A stretch of 63,881 bases of DNA, filler included, from Chiloscyllium plagiosum (Eukaryota), in the NCBI RefSeq assembly GCF_004010195.1. It is 5 parts of one record of this genome, joined end to end, with 100 filler letters (N's around TTAATTAATTAA, not from the genome) between each part and the next. Parts side by side here need not be neighbours in the genome. Positions count along the whole stretch, not along the records: positions 56,881 to 61,923 come from NC_057716.1; positions 62,024 to 63,881 come from NC_057716.1; 3 more parts are not named here. One strand, 5' to 3'. Made by a program: the position numbers and the translations under genes. The notes under the pieces were generated by a model. That model had not been told where the DNA came from. It ran no database searches and saw nothing but the letters and a program-made list of their open reading frames with translations. Shown piece by piece: positions 59,780 to 63,881 of the stretch. Within the stretch, counting starts at the first letter, position 1. Each line of letters begins with the position of its first letter.

Positions 59780-60484
59780 ACATTGGATCTCTGGACTGTT
59801 TGTTTGGGGATATAGATTATTGACTAAGTCACATGATGCTGCCATGGCCTGTGGTGGAACAGAAAGGTTTTTGGTGTTGCTGGCGACTTGTGAAGTCTCA
59901 GTCCACCGTCCCATGTGTTAAATGAATTAATAATGGCACTAAATCTGTCTTAATCGTTCATGTCACCCCCCCCCCCTCAGTGTGTCAGTACAATTGCTAA
60001 TGGAGCATCAATTTCACACTGAGATAAGAAGGAATTTGTTCTCTCAGAGGGTTGGGAGTCTTTGGAACTCCTTACCACTGGGAGCTGTGGGGGCAGTATC
60101 CGCGTGGATATGTAACGCTGAGACAGGGAGAGATTCTTGATCAGTCGGGGAGTCAAAGGAAGGTGGACAATGTCGGATCGCCATGACCCTATTGAATGGT
60201 GGAACAGGCTGAAGGGGCCAAATGGTCTTCTCTGGTTCCTATTTCTGATGATCTCTCCCAATCAGACTGTTAGGATAAAATCAGATCCCATGGGATACAA
60301 GGAGTTCCCAACTCCTTGTTGAATTTCACATTAACCCCGTGTTTTTGAGGTGGACCAACATCATCCTGGATCCATCTCTGCTGTCCCTGTGATTGAGCGG
60401 TGTGCGGTGGGATGTATCAGACAGTCTGGCCACAGGAATGAGGAACACATTGAGTGAAGCTGTATCACAAGACTGTCAACAGGC

Positions 60485-60517
<33 letters not shown>

Positions 60518-60760
60518 TCAGGACCTCAACCGGATTCACACTGTGACTGTAAGACCAGGTCAGAGGGAGGCTGGACTGGAAGCTGTGGTCAACCATCTGA
60601 CCACTTCATTGCCTCAAAGTTTCCCGTCAGGAGCGTGATGGTGAACTCACCGTACAGTTGGCTGAGTCCAGACACAACAACCTCTGAAAACATGATTGAA
60701 GCCAGAGCATTCCATCTGAGTTACTGCTCAGTCACAAACTCTGTCCACCACCAGCATAGC

Positions 60761-60871
60761 TGAAAATGTGTTGCTGGAAAAGCGCAGCAGGTCAGGCAGC
60801 ATCCAGGGAACAGGAGAATCGACGTTTCGGGCATAAGCCCTTCTCCAGCAGCTGCAGTCCTCACTTTCTCC
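60761..60871. mobile_element. Penelope-like family A terminal fragment with 16-bp TSD
   Basis: ccaccaccagca(t/c)agc at 60745-60760 and 60872-60887. Confidence 0.8.
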
Positions 60872-61751
60872 CCACCACCAGCACAGCCAGGATTGCCCAC
60901 AAGACCTTCCAGAGGAACAATACACTATACCCAAGCCCATCACTCAGCCCAGGGAGGAGAGGGGCAGCAAAACCTATTGGAGTCCCTTCATTTCACGATT
61001 GTGCCGATCCTGACTTTGAGACGAGGGCACTGTTTCTCATTCACCGTTGGCTGGATATCCAAGAATTCCTTCAAAGGAGAGACTTGTCACAGAACTTTCA
61101 CTGTACACAAGGCTATGGACAAAAAATACTGCAGATCCTGGAATCCAAAACTGACAGGCAGGAGGCTGGGGGAACACAGCAAGGCAGGCAGCATCAGGAG
61201 GGACAGGCAGGAGGCTGGGGGAACACAGCAAGGCAGGCAGCATCCTGCCTGCCTATTATTGATCAGAAGGCAGCAATGGTTCAGGGTGATGGCTCACATT
61301 CAGTATCTCCAAGGTTAGGATGTGCAGACAGTTATGTCCACTTGGAAAACGATTACAATTGATCGAGGTGCAAATAAAGGTGATGCTGTGTGTTTTGTTG
61401 GGGTTGGCACAGAGTTGAGAAAGTGAACCTTACATTCCTGAGGCAGAGTGAAGTTTCGTGTACTGATCATGCAATTGGCATGAGTTATAGCAGGTTCGAA
61501 AAAGTCAACATGAAAGTTGTTGGCTGCAGTTCAGGAAAGTAATTTGTGTGTTTATAATGTGGAGAGGTGATGGATATTTCCTGGAGGGAATATTGGCTTG
61601 GCATCCAATGACCAATCGCCTTGCAGCAGCGAGCACTCAGTGATTAGTTTATCTCCATGTTCCAGCACGCACATCAACATTGACCATGACACGCCTGATC
61701 CACCAGCTCCTAATGTCATAGGAATATACTCAAAACAAAACCCAAATACAC

Positions 61752-61923
61752 ACAGTGCCGCACTGTCAGGGGGTCAGTACTGAGGGAGTGCCGCACTGTC
61801 AGAGGGTCAGTGCTGAGGGAGTGCCACACTGTCAGGGAGTCAGTACTGAGGGAGTGCCACACTGTCAGAGGGTCAGTACTGAGGGAGTGCCGCACTGTCA
61901 GAGGGTCAGTACTGAGGGAGTGC
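61752..61923. repeat. 33-bp minisatellite (CAGTACTGAGGGAGTGCCRCACTGTCAGAGGGT)n
   Basis: About 5 units running into a gap. Confidence 0.93.
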
Positions 61924-62023
61924 NNNNNNNNNNNNNNNNNNNNNNNNNNNNNNNNNNNNNNNNNNNNTTAATTAATTAANNNNNNNNNNNNNNNNNNNNN
62001 NNNNNNNNNNNNNNNNNNNNNNN

Positions 62024-62107
<84 letters not shown>

Positions 62108-62125
62108 CAGATAGATAGACAGATA
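62024..62125. repeat. (GATA)n microsatellite
   Basis: Direct reading. Confidence 0.97.
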
Positions 62126-62889
62126 CATACATACGTAGACACACATACACACATACACGTATGTGCCTTAATGATAATCAATAAGTCTGCCTTCACCGCT
62201 CTATGGGCAAGATTATTCCGAGGACACACAGCATGAAGAAAAATGAAATAGATCTCCTCATTACAATAAGAACTCGTGGACATTTTTCAGAAGAAACAAA
62301 GAGTTTGTCGTACTTGTGAACACAGTGTTGGGCTCTATTCCGAGGAGTCAACTTTGAGGGGAAGAAGTGTTGCTGCAACTGAACCCAGTCCTACTGCAAC
62401 TTCATCTTGGAGTTTCCGTTGTAACCTTCTGAATCCTTATCGAAGATAGGAGGTAACTACAGTGGATGCAGTCCCCAAACTTTTCACTCCAGCAGTACTT
62501 GAAAAAATGATTTAACCTCCGTGTAATTGTGGACGGTTTGGACCTTAAACGCTTAGAATTTAGGTGAGTGATAGTTGATGTTAATGAGATATAATGTTAC
62601 AGGGTGTACGTTGAAAGGATGTTTCATTATGTGTAAGTGAGATAAGGAAGTATAAGGAAACGTCTTACACAGCAATCAGCGAAGATTGACTAATTTTAGA
62701 TATTTTGTTGCTGTGAAAGCCAACAGTTATGATGGAAAAATTGGAGAAGTTGCAAGGTCAACATTTAGTTGCCTCGAGTCATAAAAAATGAAGTCATGTG
62801 GCGTGAAGCAGCATTCTTTAAAAATGCGGGAATTCCCAGTGAAGTTGGATGTCAGTATGCACTGTGTGTCGGCCTTCCCTTCTTCACGG

Positions 62890-63660
62890 AACAGGGAATG
62901 TTACTGAAGATTTGAGGATTATGTTTGACAGATCCTCAATGGACTCTAATTACAGACACATCTTGAAAACTCTTTCATTCACCGTTTTTTGAAAGAAGGA
63001 GTCATCATTGTCCCTGGCATAAATTGGGATCTTTTAATCTGAGGATATTTTCTCCGTTCACAGCTTTGAGCTATTCTATTCTTATTCACGCATAATTTTC
63101 CATTAGCTATCATACATTCCAATAATTTGTCACGTTGCATCCCATCACTGAGTTCGTGTGAAATCCTCATGATTTGCTTTCGTGATTCATTTCTGTTCAA
63201 CTTGCAAACAAGGAGTGACTACAATCGCTTCCATCACCCACGTCATTCTATTCAACGTAATATCAGCCCCAACATCGATCCGTCTGTCAATTCGCCAGTG
63301 AATGGGCGCCAATGTAGGCATGCTACCCTGATCATAACTTTTTATCCTTCGGACAATTGGCCTTATTCTACACTGCAAATCGGACATCCAGCCAACCGAG
63401 CTCACTAAATCCCTGGAACCCTGTATAATAATGCACTGCCCTCTAACTCCTGCTTATAAAAACTCAGATAAACAAAAACTTCCTTATTACCTGCTATATC
63501 TGAACAAATAAGTTTCACGATTTTTGCAAAAAACACAAGATCCGACCACATTTTAAATCTTTCAATACACTCTGTGCCCGCCAGACGTTTCAGCTCCCTG
63601 AAAGGTACAGTACATCTTGACAACTTTATACAACACCTTTCATTACAAATAAATCAACAT
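62890..63660 (-). mobile_element. Very old CR1 ORF2 relic
   Basis: Reverse strand keeps MTPSFKK (compare VTPLFKK) and an APE-like ETW...VPG remnant. Confidence 0.5.
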
Positions 63661-63881
63661 GAAGAAAAGATGGCTTCATTTTTTTTTCTGTGATATACAT
63701 AGAACTTTAATCTAAATTCAACTTAACTTGTGTGTGTGTGTTTGCGCGGGTGTATGTGTGCATGCGTGCACAAACATTGGATAGAAACTAATCTCATCTA
63801 AATTTTATCAGTTAAATCTACGAAAGCTCATCTGCAATTATATTCTTACAACTCGCTACATTTATGTTTGTAAATTAAAAG

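Noticed and set aside
57540..61360. Search for CYP27 exons 8-9 (PERW/PHRW meander, FGxGxRxCxG)
   Set aside because: No such motifs in any frame I read. ORFs 60766-61362 and 60893-61318 are partly PLE-end repeats.
58745..61923. 32-33 bp repeats as a possible CRISPR array
   Set aside because: The units are head-to-tail with no unique spacers, there are no cas genes, and the context is vertebrate.

Overview
This is eukaryotic, repeat-dense vertebrate DNA with many assembly gaps. It is almost certainly from a shark or ray, because HE1-type V-SINEs and HER1/CR1 LINEs dominate. The only host gene I can support is a + strand mitochondrial cytochrome P450 of the CYP27A type (sterol 27-hydroxylase-like). 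Four phase-compatible exons are visible: 21995-22059 (partial), 31574-31734, 35491-35657 and 56319-56397, equivalent to human CYP27A1 exons 4-7. Exons 1-3 and the heme-binding exons 8-9 are not visible, and the gene is cut by artificial 100-bp N44-TTAATTAATTAA-N44 joins. The rest is retroelement debris (several CR1 subfamilies, a second CR1/L2-group LINE with its own partner SINE, Rex/Babar, at least two GIY-YIG Penelope-like families, Deu-SINE-like relics) plus mini- and microsatellites. Almost all ORF-track entries are spurious or TE-derived. The most interesting signals are: (i) minimal hammerhead-ribozyme-like motifs with covarying stem II in Penelope-like ends, some sense-oriented in CYP27 introns; (ii) fold-back Penelope mini-elements with 9-16 bp target-site duplications; (iii) a tRNA-Phe head next to an HE1-like tail, a possible proto-SINE; (iv) two inverted copies of the same Penelope-in-CR1 chimera; (v) a five-element nested insertion that gives a TE chronology; (vi) a divergent substrate-recognition segment in the CYP27A-like protein. 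I found no CRISPR or prokaryotic system. Repeat boundaries are approximate (about +/-20 bp) and family names come from recalled consensus features, not database searches.
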